A stretch of DNA of 64,000 bases from Candidatus Omnitrophota bacterium (GTDB taxonomy: Bacteria; Omnitrophota; Gorgyraeia; Aquiviventales; Aquiviventaceae): NCBI GenBank assembly GCA_016209275.1, contig JACQWM010000029.1:2692-66691 (forward strand). The letters run 5' to 3'. The position numbers were made by a program, and so were the translations under genes. Each line of letters begins with the position of its first letter. The first letter of the stretch is position 1. The notes beneath the pieces are model-generated. The model was not told where the DNA came from. It searched no databases and saw nothing but the letters and a program-made list of their open reading frames with translations. Below are positions 54,717 to 64,000 of this stretch, one piece after another.

Positions 54717-54755
54717 GAGAAACCTCCTCCGGTGTGGGGTGCGGTTGTTGCGCCT

Positions 54756-54783
54756 ATTATACCGCACCGCGCGCGGGTGTCCA
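54756..54783 (-). promoter_or_regulatory. Candidate promoter of the cyt c-nosZ operon (sense TGGACA-16-TATAAT)
   Basis: Plus strand tgtcca 54778-54783 and attata 54756-54761. Confidence 0.5.
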
Positions 54784-54914
54784 GGGCGGTGTTGCGCTAT
54801 CTACTGCGCCGTGCTGAAGGGGCTAGCTCAAGCCCGAGTGGGCGATTGTGCTACACTTTCCGGCTCAACTGTAGCAGAACTTCACATAACTCATTGTAAC
54901 ACAATAAGTTACGT

Positions 54915-54943
54915 TTGACAAAATCCCGCGAATATGGTACGAT
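54915..54943 (+). promoter_or_regulatory. Candidate promoter of the GAF gene (TTGACA-17-TACGAT), overlapped upstream by the inverted repeat GTAAC-N7-GTTAC (54896-54912)
   Basis: Read from the sequence; RBS AGGAGA before ATG 54971. Confidence 0.5.
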
Positions 54944-54970
54944 GGTCTCGTAAAGCAACGAGGAGATCAG

Positions 54971-55681
54971 ATGAGCCCTCACAGCCCTCAGGATCGCGCC
55001 ACCGAGACTCGCGAACCTTCCGTTTTCGCGAACGTCTCCCCGCAAGACGCAGACTCCGGACGAGCGCCGGAGAGGCTCGTGCAGCTGACCGCCTGCTTTT
55101 TGCGTTTCGGCTCAGACGGCATCGAAAATATCCGGCAGCTGACCGCGCTCGCCGGCCAACTGCTCGGCGGGGCCTACGCGGTCTATTTCCGGATGGAGGG
55201 CGACCGGCTCTACGCCCTGGCCCAATGGCAAGTGCCGCCCGGGTTTCCGTGGAGCATTGAGGCCGAGGGGCGCGTGGGCACGGAAGAAATCCTCAACGGC
55301 TGCCAGGAATTGCACGTCGTGCGCCACCTGCCGGCGACGTCGTACGCGACCACCGACCCGCACGTTTCACTCTATCATCTGAAAACCGCCGTCAGCCAGG
55401 CGGTGAAATGCGGGGAGGCATGCGTAGGATCGCTGTGCGTGATGTTCCGGGAGGACATGCTTCCCAACGACGAGGATCGCGCGCTCTTCGCCATCCTGGC
55501 CTCCGCGATCCGCATCGAGGAGCAGCGGCGGGCCGCCGAGCAGATTTTAGCACGGGAGCAAGCGCTGGTCGCACAGCTCAATCAGATCACGATGGACCGC
55601 GAGGATCGTGTGATTGAATTAAAGCGGGAGGTCAATCAATTGCGCGAGCAGCTGGGGCTGGAGAAACCCTACCGAGTTTAG
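54971..55681 (+). CDS. GAF-domain protein with a C-terminal coiled-coil, divergent from the nos operon
   Basis: ...LRFGSDGIENIRQLTALAGQLLGGAYAVYFRMEGDRLYALAQW...GSLCVMF... then heptad-like EQRRAAEQILAREQALVAQLNQI... Confidence 0.55.
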   Translation: MSPHSPQDRATETREPSVFANVSPQDADSGRAPERLVQLTACFLRFGSDGIENIRQLTALAGQLLGGAYAVYFRMEGDRLYALAQWQVPPGFPWSIEAEGRVGTEEILNGCQELHVVRHLPATSYATTDPHVSLYHLKTAVSQAVKCGEACVGSLCVMFREDMLPNDEDRALFAILASAIRIEEQRRAAEQILAREQALVAQLNQITMDREDRVIELKREVNQLREQLGLEKPYRV

Positions 55682-56223
55682 ACCGCCACGCCGAGCTTTT
55701 TCATCCACCGCATCAGGCAAAACCGGCTCACCCCGAGCAGCTCCGACGCTTTCACTTGGTTCCAATTCGTTTTCGTCAGCGCGGCCAGAATCAATTTCCG
55801 ATAGACCTGGTCCCGCCCCTGCCGAAGCGAGAGACTCCGCAGCTCGACTGGAATGCGTTCCTGGTGGTCGAGGGCGCGGCCAATCGCATCGACAAGCGCC
55901 TCGTGGCTGAACGGTTTGCCAAGGCTTTCAAACGCGCCCAGCGACTGATAGTGCTTGGCATCCTTGGGATCGCAGTAGGCCGAGACGAGGATGACCGGCA
56001 GATCCGGGCGCAGCCGCTTCATCATCGGCAGCAGATCGGTCCCTTCAATGCCGGGCATGCGAATGTCGAGCAAGACGATATCGAACGTTTCGGCTCTCAG
56101 GAGGGGGAGGGCTTGGGAACTCTCGGAGCACGCTGTCACGGCAAAGTGATGGCAGGTGAGCAGCTCGCGGTAACTGCTGACGATGTTCTCCTCATCATCA
56201 ATCACCAGGATGCGCCGCTCCAT
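55678..56223 (-). CDS. Response regulator (receiver plus Fis-type HTH; no AAA+ domain)
   Basis: ILVIDDEENIV...IVLLDIRMPG...; C-terminal NWNQVKASELLGVSRFCLMRWMKKLG. Confidence 0.8.
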   Translation of the reverse strand: MERRILVIDDEENIVSSYRELLTCHHFAVTACSESSQALPLLRAETFDIVLLDIRMPGIEGTDLLPMMKRLRPDLPVILVSAYCDPKDAKHYQSLGAFESLGKPFSHEALVDAIGRALDHQERIPVELRSLSLRQGRDQVYRKLILAALTKTNWNQVKASELLGVSRFCLMRWMKKLGVAV

Positions 56224-56334
56224 CGAATCCTCCTGTGCAAAAGTATACCTGATCTGTGCGAAAAATTACCAGTGGGCGCACACAATCGCACGGAGATGTT
56301 GCACAATCGCACGGAAGGGATGAGCCGGACGGGC

Positions 56335-57309
56335 TTACAAGCCGGTGGCGGGGTCGAAGAGGCCTTCGAACAACACGCTGGAGAGATACCGTTCGCCGGA
56401 ATCCGGCAGGATCACGACGAAGGTTTTCCCGGCACATTCCGGCAGCTTGGCCAACCGCACCGCAACCGCGACGGCCGCCCCGCAGGAAATGCCGGAGAGA
56501 ATGCCTTCTTCTTTATTCAAGCGTTTGGCGTACTCGATGGCTTCATCATTGGTCACTTGCTCGACCCGGTCGACCATTGATAGATCCAGCGTGCCGGGGA
56601 TGAAGCCCGCCCCGATGCCTTGAATCTTGTGCGGGCCAGGCTGCAGGGGCGCTCCGGAGAGCCGCTGCGTGATCACCGGGCTGTGCGTCGGCTCCACCGC
56701 CACCGAGAGGATCTTCTTGTTTTTCTGGAGCTTGATGTAGCGCGACACCCCGGTGATGGTGCCGCCGGTGCCCACACCGGAGATAAGCACATCAATGGCC
56801 CCGCCGGTGTCCTCCCAAATTTCCGGGCCGGTCGTCGTTTCATGGATCTTCGGATTGGCCGGGTTCTCAAATTGCTGCAGTAGCACGTAGCGGGCAGGGT
56901 CGCTGCGCTGAATCTCCAGAGCCTTATCAATCGCGCCCTTCATGCCCTTCGGCCCTTCGGTAAGAACGAGTGTTGCGCCGAAGGCCTTGAGGATCTTGCG
57001 CCGCTCGATGCTCATCGTCTCCGGCATGGTCAGCGTCAGCGGATAGCCGCGGGCCGCGGCCACAAACGCCAGGGCAATGCCGGTGTTGCCGCTCGTCGGC
57101 TCGATCAGCGCCTTGCCAGGGGAGAGCGCGCCGCGCTGCTCGGCATCCCACACCATGGCCGCTCCGATGCGGCACTTGACCGAGTAGGAGGGATTGCGGC
57201 CCTCGATCTTCGCCAACACCGTCGCCCCCGACGGCGCAATGCGATTGAGCTTGACCAGCGGGGTGCGGCCGATCGAGAGCGAATTATCGTCAAACACGCG
57301 CGGCGCCAT
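56335..57309 (-). CDS. cysK: Cysteine synthase A (O-acetylserine sulfhydrylase)
   Basis: ...[12 protein letters not shown]...[11 protein letters not shown] (PLP Lys)...GTGGTITG... Confidence 0.9.
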   Translation of the reverse strand: MAPRVFDDNSLSIGRTPLVKLNRIAPSGATVLAKIEGRNPSYSVKCRIGAAMVWDAEQRGALSPGKALIEPTSGNTGIALAFVAAARGYPLTLTMPETMSIERRKILKAFGATLVLTEGPKGMKGAIDKALEIQRSDPARYVLLQQFENPANPKIHETTTGPEIWEDTGGAIDVLISGVGTGGTITGVSRYIKLQKNKKILSVAVEPTHSPVITQRLSGAPLQPGPHKIQGIGAGFIPGTLDLSMVDRVEQVTNDEAIEYAKRLNKEEGILSGISCGAAVAVAVRLAKLPECAGKTFVVILPDSGERYLSSVLFEGLFDPATGL

Positions 57310-57369
57310 GGCAGTAGGACCTATTATATCGCATCGGCTAACACGAGGGGTATTCTCCGAAAAAATCCC

Positions 57370-57588
57370 TCAACCCTGCCCCACCCACTGAATGCGCCGA
57401 TGCGACTGCACGCAGTCCCTGAGGTAGAGATTAATCAAATTCTGATACGGCACTTCCATCTGATTCCCCATGGTCTTGAAATACTCCACCACATCCGCTC
57501 CCAGCCGAATCGTCACGGGCTTCTTGAGCAGCCTGGCATACGGATTTCGGCGGCCCTTCATCTTGGAAAACTCGTATTCTGCTCTCAT
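57370..57588 (-). CDS. brnA: BrnA-type antitoxin
   Basis: MRAEYEFSKMKGRRNPYARLLKKPVTIRLGADVVEYFK...; ATGA overlap with brnT. Confidence 0.5.
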   Translation of the reverse strand: MRAEYEFSKMKGRRNPYARLLKKPVTIRLGADVVEYFKTMGNQMEVPYQNLINLYLRDCVQSHRRIQWVGQG

Positions 57589-57881
57589 GGGGTTTCCCTC
57601 CGGTAATGTTTCGCTTCGTGGCGCGTGGCTCGTCTTGCCGAAATAATTCTGATCACTGACTGCGCCTCTCTGACGCAATGACACACCACCAAGAGCCGCA
57701 ACGTGAAACTCAACCCCAACATGATAAAACGATCCTCCCGCTCCGAATGATCGGGATCGAAGAACTCAATGGCGTTCTCATCGTAAAACACCGTCTGCGC
57801 TTCTTCGAAGGACACGCCGTGCTTCCGTCGATTCAACGCGGCCTTGGTTCTGTTCCACTCGAAGCGAATGTCATGCATATG
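57585..57881 (-). CDS. brnT: BrnT-type toxin (DUF497 ribonuclease)
   Basis: MHDIRFEWNRTKAALNRRKHGVSFEEAQTVFYDENAIEFFDPDHSEREDRFIMLG matches the FEWDxxKxxxNxxKHGVSFEEA pattern. Confidence 0.6.
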   Translation of the reverse strand, partial: HMHDIRFEWNRTKAALNRRKHGVSFEEAQTVFYDENAIEFFDPDHSEREDRFIMLGLSFTLRLLVVCHCVREAQSVIRIISARRATRHEAKHYRRETP

Positions 57882-57935
57882 TACAATGTAAATATACCAC
57901 TCCTGCGGGATGCTTTCAAGGATTTTCACGGGCGG

Positions 57936-59792
57936 CTAAAAGTCGGAGAGGGATTTCGGGGGGATCGAGGCGCGCAGGGCGTTGAGGATCGCCAGCAAAT
58001 CGATGGCCTCTTGGGCGAGTGCTCCGGCCACAGGCACGATATACCCGGCGGCGGCGAAGCCCATGCCGATGAGGCTCAGCCCCATGCCGCCCACCGCGCT
58101 TTGCAAGGCGATGCGGCGCATGCGCTCGCTGATGTGAAAGAACTGATCGATCTTGATCAGCGAGGAATCCATGATGACCACCCCGGCGGCTTCGGTGGTG
58201 ATGTCGCTGCGCTGGCCCATGGCAATGCCAACGGTGGCGGCCAGCAGGGCCGGCGCATCGTTGATGCCGTCGCCGACCATGAGGGTCTTGGCCGCAGCGG
58301 TTTCTCGGCGCACCAGCTCCACCTTCTGCTCCGGGCTTTGCTCCGCATACACCTCGGCAATACCCACGCGCTCGGCCAGATGCCGCACCTCGGATTCGCG
58401 GTCCCCGGAGACGACCAGAATGCGGTGCAGCGCGTGTCGCGGCCCAAGATGCGTGATGAATGACCGGCCCTCGGTGCGCGGCTGATCGCGGAACCGCAAG
58501 AGCGCGGCGAACTGGTCGCCGAGAAACACCAGGCATTCCATCCCGGCCGGCGGCGGCAGCGCGCCGGCCGCCGCGCGCTGCTCGGCGGTCAAGCTGCCGC
58601 GATTCATGATGCGCACGTGATGGCCGGCCACAACACCTGAGGGGCCCAGACCCGGCACCTCTTCAATGCGAGAGGCTTCCTGCAGGGCCAGGCGCTCTTT
58701 CGTGGCCGCCGCCAACACCGCGCGCGCCAAGGGATGCTTGGAATACCGCTCGATGCTCGCCGCCCATTGCAGCACCTCCTGCCGCAAGGCCCCGGGCGCG
58801 CACATGATATCCTCGAGCACCGGCGTGCCGTAGGTGAGCGTTCCGGTTTTATCGAAGATGGCGGTTTCGCACGTCGCGACTTGCTCCAAGACCACGGGCT
58901 TTTTCACGATGATCGCGTGCCGCGCGCACAGCGAAACGGCGCCGATGATCGCCACGGGAATGGCGATGAGCAGCGGGCACGGGGTGGCGATCACCAGCAC
59001 CGCCAAAAAGCGGCTCGACTCGCCGCTGAGCGCCCAGGCGGCGATGGCGATCCCCAGCGCCACCGGGGTATAGAAGGCCCCAAGCTGATCGCCCAAACGC
59101 CGCAGGCGCGGCTGATGCTGCGCTGAGGCGCGCATCACCTGCATGATCTTGGCGTAGCGGGAGTCTTCCGCGCGCTTGGTGGCACGGATCGTCAGGGCGG
59201 CCTCGCCGTTAATCGCGCCGGAGATGACCGTGGCTCCGGGCGCTTTCGACATCTCAAACGGCTCGCCGGTTAAGTACGACTCATCCATGACGCTGTGGCC
59301 TTCGATGACAACACCGTCCACCGGGGTGATTTCATGCGGAAAAATGACCAGCGTATCGCCCGGGGCGATGTCGGCGAGGGCCACATCGAGCAGCTGCGCG
59401 TTGTGCTTGCGATGCGCCACCGACGGCAGGCGCTTCGACAGCGCGCGCAAGACCGAGGAGGCGCGCGTCACCGCGTAGCCCTCCAAGGCGGTGCCGCCGG
59501 AGTACATCAGCACGATAATCGCCCCGGCCACGTATTCGCCCAGGATCACCGCGGTCAGGATGGAGAGTGCGGCTAAGACATCGGATCCCCACTCGCGGCG
59601 CAGCAATCCGCCGGCAATGTCGTAGAGCAACGGCGCGCCTCCGAGCAGAAGGATGCCTAGCAACGGGGCGTCATAGAGGGCGGCTGAGCTGCGGAGGATC
59701 CATCGCAGGATAACGTAGGCGGCCAGGGCCGCCAACGTGGCGATGGCGATCGCGGTGTGCTTGCGATCTAGCGAGGCGTCTTTGGCGTCCAT
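57936..59792 (-). CDS. Heavy-metal translocating P1B-type ATPase lacking an N-terminal metal-binding domain
   Basis: DKTGTLT, TGEP, VIATPCPLL (CPx-like), MVGDGINDAPAL; 618 aa. Confidence 0.85.
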   Translation of the reverse strand: MDAKDASLDRKHTAIAIATLAALAAYVILRWILRSSAALYDAPLLGILLLGGAPLLYDIAGGLLRREWGSDVLAALSILTAVILGEYVAGAIIVLMYSGGTALEGYAVTRASSVLRALSKRLPSVAHRKHNAQLLDVALADIAPGDTLVIFPHEITPVDGVVIEGHSVMDESYLTGEPFEMSKAPGATVISGAINGEAALTIRATKRAEDSRYAKIMQVMRASAQHQPRLRRLGDQLGAFYTPVALGIAIAAWALSGESSRFLAVLVIATPCPLLIAIPVAIIGAVSLCARHAIIVKKPVVLEQVATCETAIFDKTGTLTYGTPVLEDIMCAPGALRQEVLQWAASIERYSKHPLARAVLAAATKERLALQEASRIEEVPGLGPSGVVAGHHVRIMNRGSLTAEQRAAAGALPPPAGMECLVFLGDQFAALLRFRDQPRTEGRSFITHLGPRHALHRILVVSGDRESEVRHLAERVGIAEVYAEQSPEQKVELVRRETAAAKTLMVGDGINDAPALLAATVGIAMGQRSDITTEAAGVVIMDSSLIKIDQFFHISERMRRIALQSAVGGMGLSLIGMGFAAAGYIVPVAGALAQEAIDLLAILNALRASIPPKSLSDF

Positions 59793-60583
59793 GCGTGGCG
59801 CGCCTTATCGATCAGCGCATAGGCGATCGGCGGCACCCACGGGCTGACATAGCGGCGGATGAATCCGTCGGTGGGCAGCACCCGGTAGAGGGTGGAGTGG
59901 CGCGCGGTGTGCTCCTGGGCCGGCCGCCCGTTGGAATAGTAGTAGAGGGCGAGGGATTTCCGCGTCACACCCTCGGGAGAGGCCAGCGGATGCGGATGGC
60001 CGTGGTACGACGTGCTGGTCGTCGAGAAGATGGCCATACGGTTGAAGCGCGGCGCAATCTTCTGTTGGCATGTGGTCATGGTCCGATCCCAGAGCTCTAA
60101 CTGGCCGCCCCATGCGTCCTGCCAGTCTTTATTCAGATAGACCAGCAGATTCAGGCGGCGGTCGAGCCCCCACTGCGGATGCTTGTTGAAATCGGCGTGG
60201 ATGGCCAGCTGGCCGCCCCGGACGGATTGGTGCATGCCCCCGCCGACGAAGTGCGGATCAGGGATCAGGTTGGGGATGCCGGTGAGCTGCTCGAGAAACC
60301 GCAGGAAAGTCGAGGAGTTGAGCTGATACAAAAACTGCCGAATGGGCAGCGGAAGTTGCGCCTCGTGTGTTGAACCGAGTTTCTGCTCGGTGGCGCTGCG
60401 GAACTGGTGCCACTCGATGTCGTTCGGGCCAGGAAAGACCGCGAGCAGCTGCTCCAAACGCTGCGGGTTGAAGAAGTCATCGATGGCGATGTGCGGAAAC
60501 GGCTGCGCGGTGTGATACGCCTGCGCGGAGGTTTTCGCCACCTCATCTAGCTGGAGGCGGGGATGCAGGATGGTCACATCCAT
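59768..60583 (-). CDS. 2OG-Fe(II) oxygenase superfamily protein
   Basis: HxD...H arrangement (IHADFNKH ... SYHGH); 271 aa. Confidence 0.5.
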   Translation of the reverse strand: MDVTILHPRLQLDEVAKTSAQAYHTAQPFPHIAIDDFFNPQRLEQLLAVFPGPNDIEWHQFRSATEQKLGSTHEAQLPLPIRQFLYQLNSSTFLRFLEQLTGIPNLIPDPHFVGGGMHQSVRGGQLAIHADFNKHPQWGLDRRLNLLVYLNKDWQDAWGGQLELWDRTMTTCQQKIAPRFNRMAIFSTTSTSYHGHPHPLASPEGVTRKSLALYYYSNGRPAQEHTARHSTLYRVLPTDGFIRRYVSPWVPPIAYALIDKARHAWTPKTPR

Positions 60584-60599
60584 GGCGGCACGAACGTGG

Positions 60600-61169
60600 T
60601 TAGTTGGCGGGAGAGATCTTCACAACCTTCACGGCAAAGTGCAGCGTTTTGCCGGCCAACGGATGATTTAAATTGAGGATCACCGTATCCTTATCCACTT
60701 TCGAGATGGTCGCGCGAAAGGGCTGGCCGTTCTTGCTCGTTCCCTGCAGCGCGAGACCGACGGCTGGCGTCATCTCCGGCGGCAGCTGGGTCTTTGGGAC
60801 CTCGACATACGCTTGCGGATCCACCGCGCCATACCCTTCCTCAGGAGCCACCGTCACATCACGCGCATCCCCCACTTTCAGCCCCGCGAGTTGTTTTTCC
60901 AAGCCCGGAATAATTTCTCCTTGGCCCTGCACGTAGCTCAAGGGGCTGCGGCCCTGGCTGGAATCCACGACCGCGCCATCGACGGTCAACGTGTAGTCGA
61001 TTTGCACCATCATGCCGTTTTGAATCCCGGCCGGCGCGGGAGCCGTTGCCGCGGGGGCGGCGGCTGGGGTTGCCGAGGCTTGCGGCTCCTCGGCGCGCGC
61101 ATGCGCCGCCACCAGGAGGCTGCCGACGGCGAAACCAAGACCGATGAAGACATCGGGACGAAGCACCAT
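60600..61169 (-). CDS. Periplasmic FKBP-type peptidyl-prolyl isomerase
   Basis: Signal peptide MVLRPDVFIGLGFAVGSLLVAAHA; ...MVQIDYTLTVDGAVVDSS...PLSYVQGQGEIIPGLEKQLAGLKVGD... Confidence 0.75.
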   Translation of the reverse strand: MVLRPDVFIGLGFAVGSLLVAAHARAEEPQASATPAAAPAATAPAPAGIQNGMMVQIDYTLTVDGAVVDSSQGRSPLSYVQGQGEIIPGLEKQLAGLKVGDARDVTVAPEEGYGAVDPQAYVEVPKTQLPPEMTPAVGLALQGTSKNGQPFRATISKVDKDTVILNLNHPLAGKTLHFAVKVVKISPAN

Positions 61170-61248
61170 CCAACCCTCCTCTGAACAACAGCCCCTATGT
61201 TTGCGTTCTGCGGCACTATAGCACAAACGCGCGCCGCTTCCTACTACG

Positions 61249-62070
61249 CTAAGACCTCCACTGCTGCGCGAGCAGCTCGCCGATGCGGCGGCTCACGCGC
61301 CGGTCGCTGAAATACCAACTATGTGATTCAAGCGAGCGCAGCAAGGGAACCTGCGCGATGGCCAAGCGCGTGATCCCGCGCCAGAGGCCGGCCGAGGCCC
61401 AGGCCGGGGCCAGGCGCAGATCTTCGTCGACGGCCTGGTGATAGGCGGCGTTGAGGGGCTTGAGCGGATAGCCCACCAGGTCTTCCGGGTAGAAAAAGTT
61501 CACCCAGATCTTCGGGCGGATCGGCTTCGTGAAATGCTCCAACCCGTAGCGCAGCCCGAAGAGCGCGATCGGCGAGCCCATCGTGAAGAAATTCACGAGG
61601 GCAAGCTGCGTAGGAAACTGGCCGGATTGCTGCAGCTCATAGACGCCGTCCGAGGCGATAACGGATCCCAGGCTGTGGCTGATGATGGTCAGCCGCGTGG
61701 GGGTCGTCGCACGGGCGGCGGCCTCCTCGGCGATGGCGCGCATGGCCTCGGCGAAGCGGCGTTGAATCTGGCCGTATTTATCCGGCGGATACGGCAGCTT
61801 CGCGTAGGCCACCACATCGCCGAGCGAGCTGACCATGAACTCGCGCAGCTTGCCGCGCACATCCAGCCGGCGCTTCAACGCATTCTGATCCGGCTGCACC
61901 ACGTCGGCCCAGGGCGCTTCGCGCCACGCCAGCGCCTCCGCCGGGGGCGCTCGGTGGCCGGCCTCGCGCACGCCGCGCGCAAACGCCTCGGTAATGCCGC
62001 GCTGAAACGCCGCCGGCAGCGTGTAGGGTTTCGTCCCCATTCCGTGCACGAACAGGATCACATGGCGCAT
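61249..62070 (-). CDS. alpha/beta-hydrolase (lipase/esterase-like; GxSxG = HSLGS)
   Basis: MRHVILFVHGMGTK...ISHSLGSVI. Confidence 0.55.
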   Translation of the reverse strand: MRHVILFVHGMGTKPYTLPAAFQRGITEAFARGVREAGHRAPPAEALAWREAPWADVVQPDQNALKRRLDVRGKLREFMVSSLGDVVAYAKLPYPPDKYGQIQRRFAEAMRAIAEEAAARATTPTRLTIISHSLGSVIASDGVYELQQSGQFPTQLALVNFFTMGSPIALFGLRYGLEHFTKPIRPKIWVNFFYPEDLVGYPLKPLNAAYHQAVDEDLRLAPAWASAGLWRGITRLAIAQVPLLRSLESHSWYFSDRRVSRRIGELLAQQWRS

Positions 62071-62101
62071 GCGCTGTTGCGTCCCATGCTACACCACATC
62101 G

Positions 62102-63355
62102 TCACCGGCGTTCAAGCGTGCGCGGATCAAAGCGCAGGCGGCGCAGCTGCGGCGCGAGCAGCGCCGTGCCGGCCACGATGCCGAGCGTGGCCACGCCGCC
62201 GACGGCGACACACGGGACGACGCCGATCAGCGAGGCTAGCATGCCGCTTTCAAACGCGCCCAGCTCGTTGGAGGCGCTGATGAACACCCAGCTGGCCGCC
62301 GCGATGCGGCCGCGCAAATGATCCGGGGACAGCAGCCGCACCGTCGAGCGGCGGATCACGACGCTGATCCCGTCGAAGATCCCGCTGAAAAACAGGGCGG
62401 CCATCGACAGCCAAAAGTGCCGGGACAGCGCGAAGACGATGATGCTCAGGCCGAAGCCCGCCACCCCCAGCAGCAGGTTGCGGCCGGCGCGCGCGATCGG
62501 GGGCCGGTGCGTGGCCATCAGCGTGATCACGAGCGCGCCCACCGCCGGGGCGGCGTTGAGCAGCCCCAGCCCTCGCGCGCCGACGCGCAGGATGTCATCC
62601 GCGTAGATCGGAAACAGCGCCACCGCCCCGCCGAAGAGGACGGCGAAGAGATCCAGCGCCATCGCGCCGACCAGCGGCTGATGAGAGAACACGAACCGCC
62701 ACCCGACGATCATGCGCTCCAGCAGCGGCTCGCCGGCGGTCGGCGGCGGCTGCGGCTTCGGGGCGATCAGCGCCGTGCACAGCCACGAGCCGACGAAGGC
62801 GGCGGCGATCAGCAGATACGAGCCGACCGCGCCCCACCATTCGAACGCGAAGCCGATGATCGCCGGCCCGGCGGCGGCGCACGTCAGCCACGTGCTGGTG
62901 ATCCACGAGGAGGCATTGACGGTGAGCGTTTTGGGCACCACCTGGGCCTCAAAGGCCGTATGGGCCGGATCGGCGAATCCGCGCGCAATGCCGGCGATGA
63001 AAATCACGACGTACAAGCCGATGAGCGAGGCGGCGTGCTGGGTGAGCGACAGCAGGGCCAGCGCGATGGCGCAGAGGCAGGACACCGACCGCGTGATCAG
63101 GAGGATCCGGCGCCGGTTGCAATGGTCGGCGACATAGCCGCCGATCAGAAAAAGCGAGATGGCGGGGATCGCCTCGACGAGCCCCAGCAATCCCAACGCC
63201 GCCGGTTGGCGGGTCAGCCGATAAATCTGAAAGCCGATGACCACCAGCAGCGAGCGGCCGGCGAGGGTAAAGCACGCGACCGCGGCGAGCAGCAGGCGCA
63301 CCTCGGCGACCTTCAGCGCATCGGCGAAGTGGCGGGGGGCTGGCTGATCAAGCAT
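62102..63355 (-). CDS. MFS transporter
   Basis: 417 aa, about 12 TM, MFS-type loops. Confidence 0.75.
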   Translation of the reverse strand: MLDQPAPRHFADALKVAEVRLLLAAVACFTLAGRSLLVVIGFQIYRLTRQPAALGLLGLVEAIPAISLFLIGGYVADHCNRRRILLITRSVSCLCAIALALLSLTQHAASLIGLYVVIFIAGIARGFADPAHTAFEAQVVPKTLTVNASSWITSTWLTCAAAGPAIIGFAFEWWGAVGSYLLIAAAFVGSWLCTALIAPKPQPPPTAGEPLLERMIVGWRFVFSHQPLVGAMALDLFAVLFGGAVALFPIYADDILRVGARGLGLLNAAPAVGALVITLMATHRPPIARAGRNLLLGVAGFGLSIIVFALSRHFWLSMAALFFSGIFDGISVVIRRSTVRLLSPDHLRGRIAAASWVFISASNELGAFESGMLASLIGVVPCVAVGGVATLGIVAGTALLAPQLRRLRFDPRTLERR

Positions 63356-63423
63356 GCGCAGAAACCATCAATTGTTGCGAGGAGGCGTGAGAGCCGTCTA
63401 GAGAGACGAAAACGGATATGTCC

Positions 63424-64000
63424 TCAACCTGAAATCAGCTCGTCTGTCGACTGCCACGGCACCGCGGTGATCCGCCGGCTGAGTTGCATGTTGCGTGGCA
63501 CGCGGCACACCAGATAGCCTTGCTTCGATGACGCGTATTCCTGGAGAAAAATCTCCAGTCCGCGAACATCGCCGAGTTGCGGTCGATCCGTCCATTTGAC
63601 TTCTACCGGGGTGTACGCGCCGTCATGGTCAATTACCCAATCGACTTCAGGGCCGTCCGGGTCGCGCCAAAAACGAATTTTCATCGCCGGGTGCTGGATA
63701 TGCGCGCAGCGCACGAGCTCCAGGCCCACGAACTGCTCAAATAACCGCCCGAAGGTCTCGCGGGACGGCCGGGAACCTTCGCGCGCGGCCAGACGCCGAA
63801 CCCCCAGGTCAAAGAATAGGTATTTCTCCGATTTCGTCAGCTTCTTGCGGGTTGCGCTGTGAGTCAGCGGTTCGATGCGCTCGGCAATCAGGCAGTCTTC
63901 GAGGATGTGGTAGTAGCCGGCGATCGTCGTGTGCGCCACGCCGATTTCCTGGGAGAGCTTGCGCGTATTAACAATGTTGCCGGATTCCGACGCCGCCAGC
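63424..64000 (-). CDS. AAA ATPase, DUF4143-type C-terminal domain (N-terminus beyond the window)
   Basis: C-terminal region paralogous to 40955-42160 (...EVDWVIDHDGAYTPVEVKW...). Frame open through 64000. Confidence 0.55.
   Translation of the reverse strand, partial: LAASESGNIVNTRKLSQEIGVAHTTIAGYYHILEDCLIAERIEPLTHSATRKKLTKSEKYLFFDLGVRRLAAREGSRPSRETFGRLFEQFVGLELVRCAHIQHPAMKIRFWRDPDGPEVDWVIDHDGAYTPVEVKWTDRPQLGDVRGLEIFLQEYASSKQGYLVCRVPRNMQLSRRITAVPWQSTDELISG

Noticed and set aside
59768-59792. 25-bp overlap between the P-type ATPase start and the 2OG-oxygenase 3' end as a frameshifted fusion
   Set aside because: Both proteins look complete with their own termini. A short out-of-frame overlap is common in this tightly packed genome.
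1-64000. tRNA, rRNA, CRISPR or IS/transposase features
   Set aside because: By-eye scanning of the few intergenic spacers found no cloverleaf-like sequences, rRNA signatures, repeat-spacer arrays or transposase/integrase ORFs. The lower-GC islets (31-33.4 kb, 40-40.8 kb) lack flanking direct repeats that I could recognise.

Overview
A roughly 64 kb, high-GC (about 65%) bacterial chromosomal segment with short intergenic spacers and frequent ATGA/TAATG stop-start overlaps. Almost every credible gene is on the minus strand; the only plus-strand genes are the lexA/MTase/HNH/Gp37 islet (31.1-34.5 kb) and a GAF-domain gene at 55 kb. Nearly all long plus-strand ORFs in the supplied track are antisense GC-artefacts. 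No rRNA, tRNA, CRISPR array or transposase was recognised.

Content from high to low coordinate on the minus strand:
- An AAA/DUF4143 ATPase fragment, MFS transporter, alpha/beta hydrolase, FKBP, 2OG-oxygenase, P-type ATPase, a BrnT/BrnA toxin-antitoxin pair, cysK and a response regulator.
- A clade-II-like N2O reductase cluster (cyt c, nosZ, nosD with an extra N-terminal membrane domain, nosF, nosY, nosL, a 241-aa periplasmic protein). It runs without a break into a group-3b-type NiFe hydrogenase operon (HydB, an embedded cNMP-binding protein, HydG, small and large subunits, maturation protease).
- An AAA/DUF4143 ATPase, a lower-GC two-gene module of unknown function, hypF/C/D/E and tag.
- A lower-GC islet: lexA, Dam-type methyltransferase, HNH nuclease, zinc-ribbon protein, Gp37/Gp68-like three-Cys protein.
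- cydAB, a TetR regulator with a Cys-rich small protein, a natural malate dehydrogenase-citrate synthase fusion, sucCD and nfu.
- A Fur-family iron/zinc uptake operon (fur, DUF2292, TonB-dependent receptor, exbB, exbD, tonB, zupT), then nadE.

The most unusual region is 1-17 kb, a co-directional array: nadE, an OmpR-type response regulator, a metzincin protease, three tandem paralogous cassettes of three prepilin-type minor (pseudo)pilins each, a Cys-rich secreted protein, a DUF1570-like HExxH protein, a standalone OmpR-type winged-helix protein, and a porin-like gene. Each cassette is small, medium, then a large PilX/GspK-like protein of about 500 aa. Each cassette has its own sigma70-like promoter and a conserved 5' leader. 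The leader carries a GNRA-tetraloop hairpin whose stem covaries completely between copies, plus a second conserved hairpin. A 32-bp GATATCAGATATC palindrome precedes the start of cassettes 1 and 2, the standalone winged-helix gene and, as a double copy, nadE.

A second GC-rich REP-like hairpin family (GTGGCCGG / GGCCACYTGGCCAC) sits at three gene junctions and is translated into protein termini in two of them. All coordinates and family assignments are by-eye and could not be confirmed by search.
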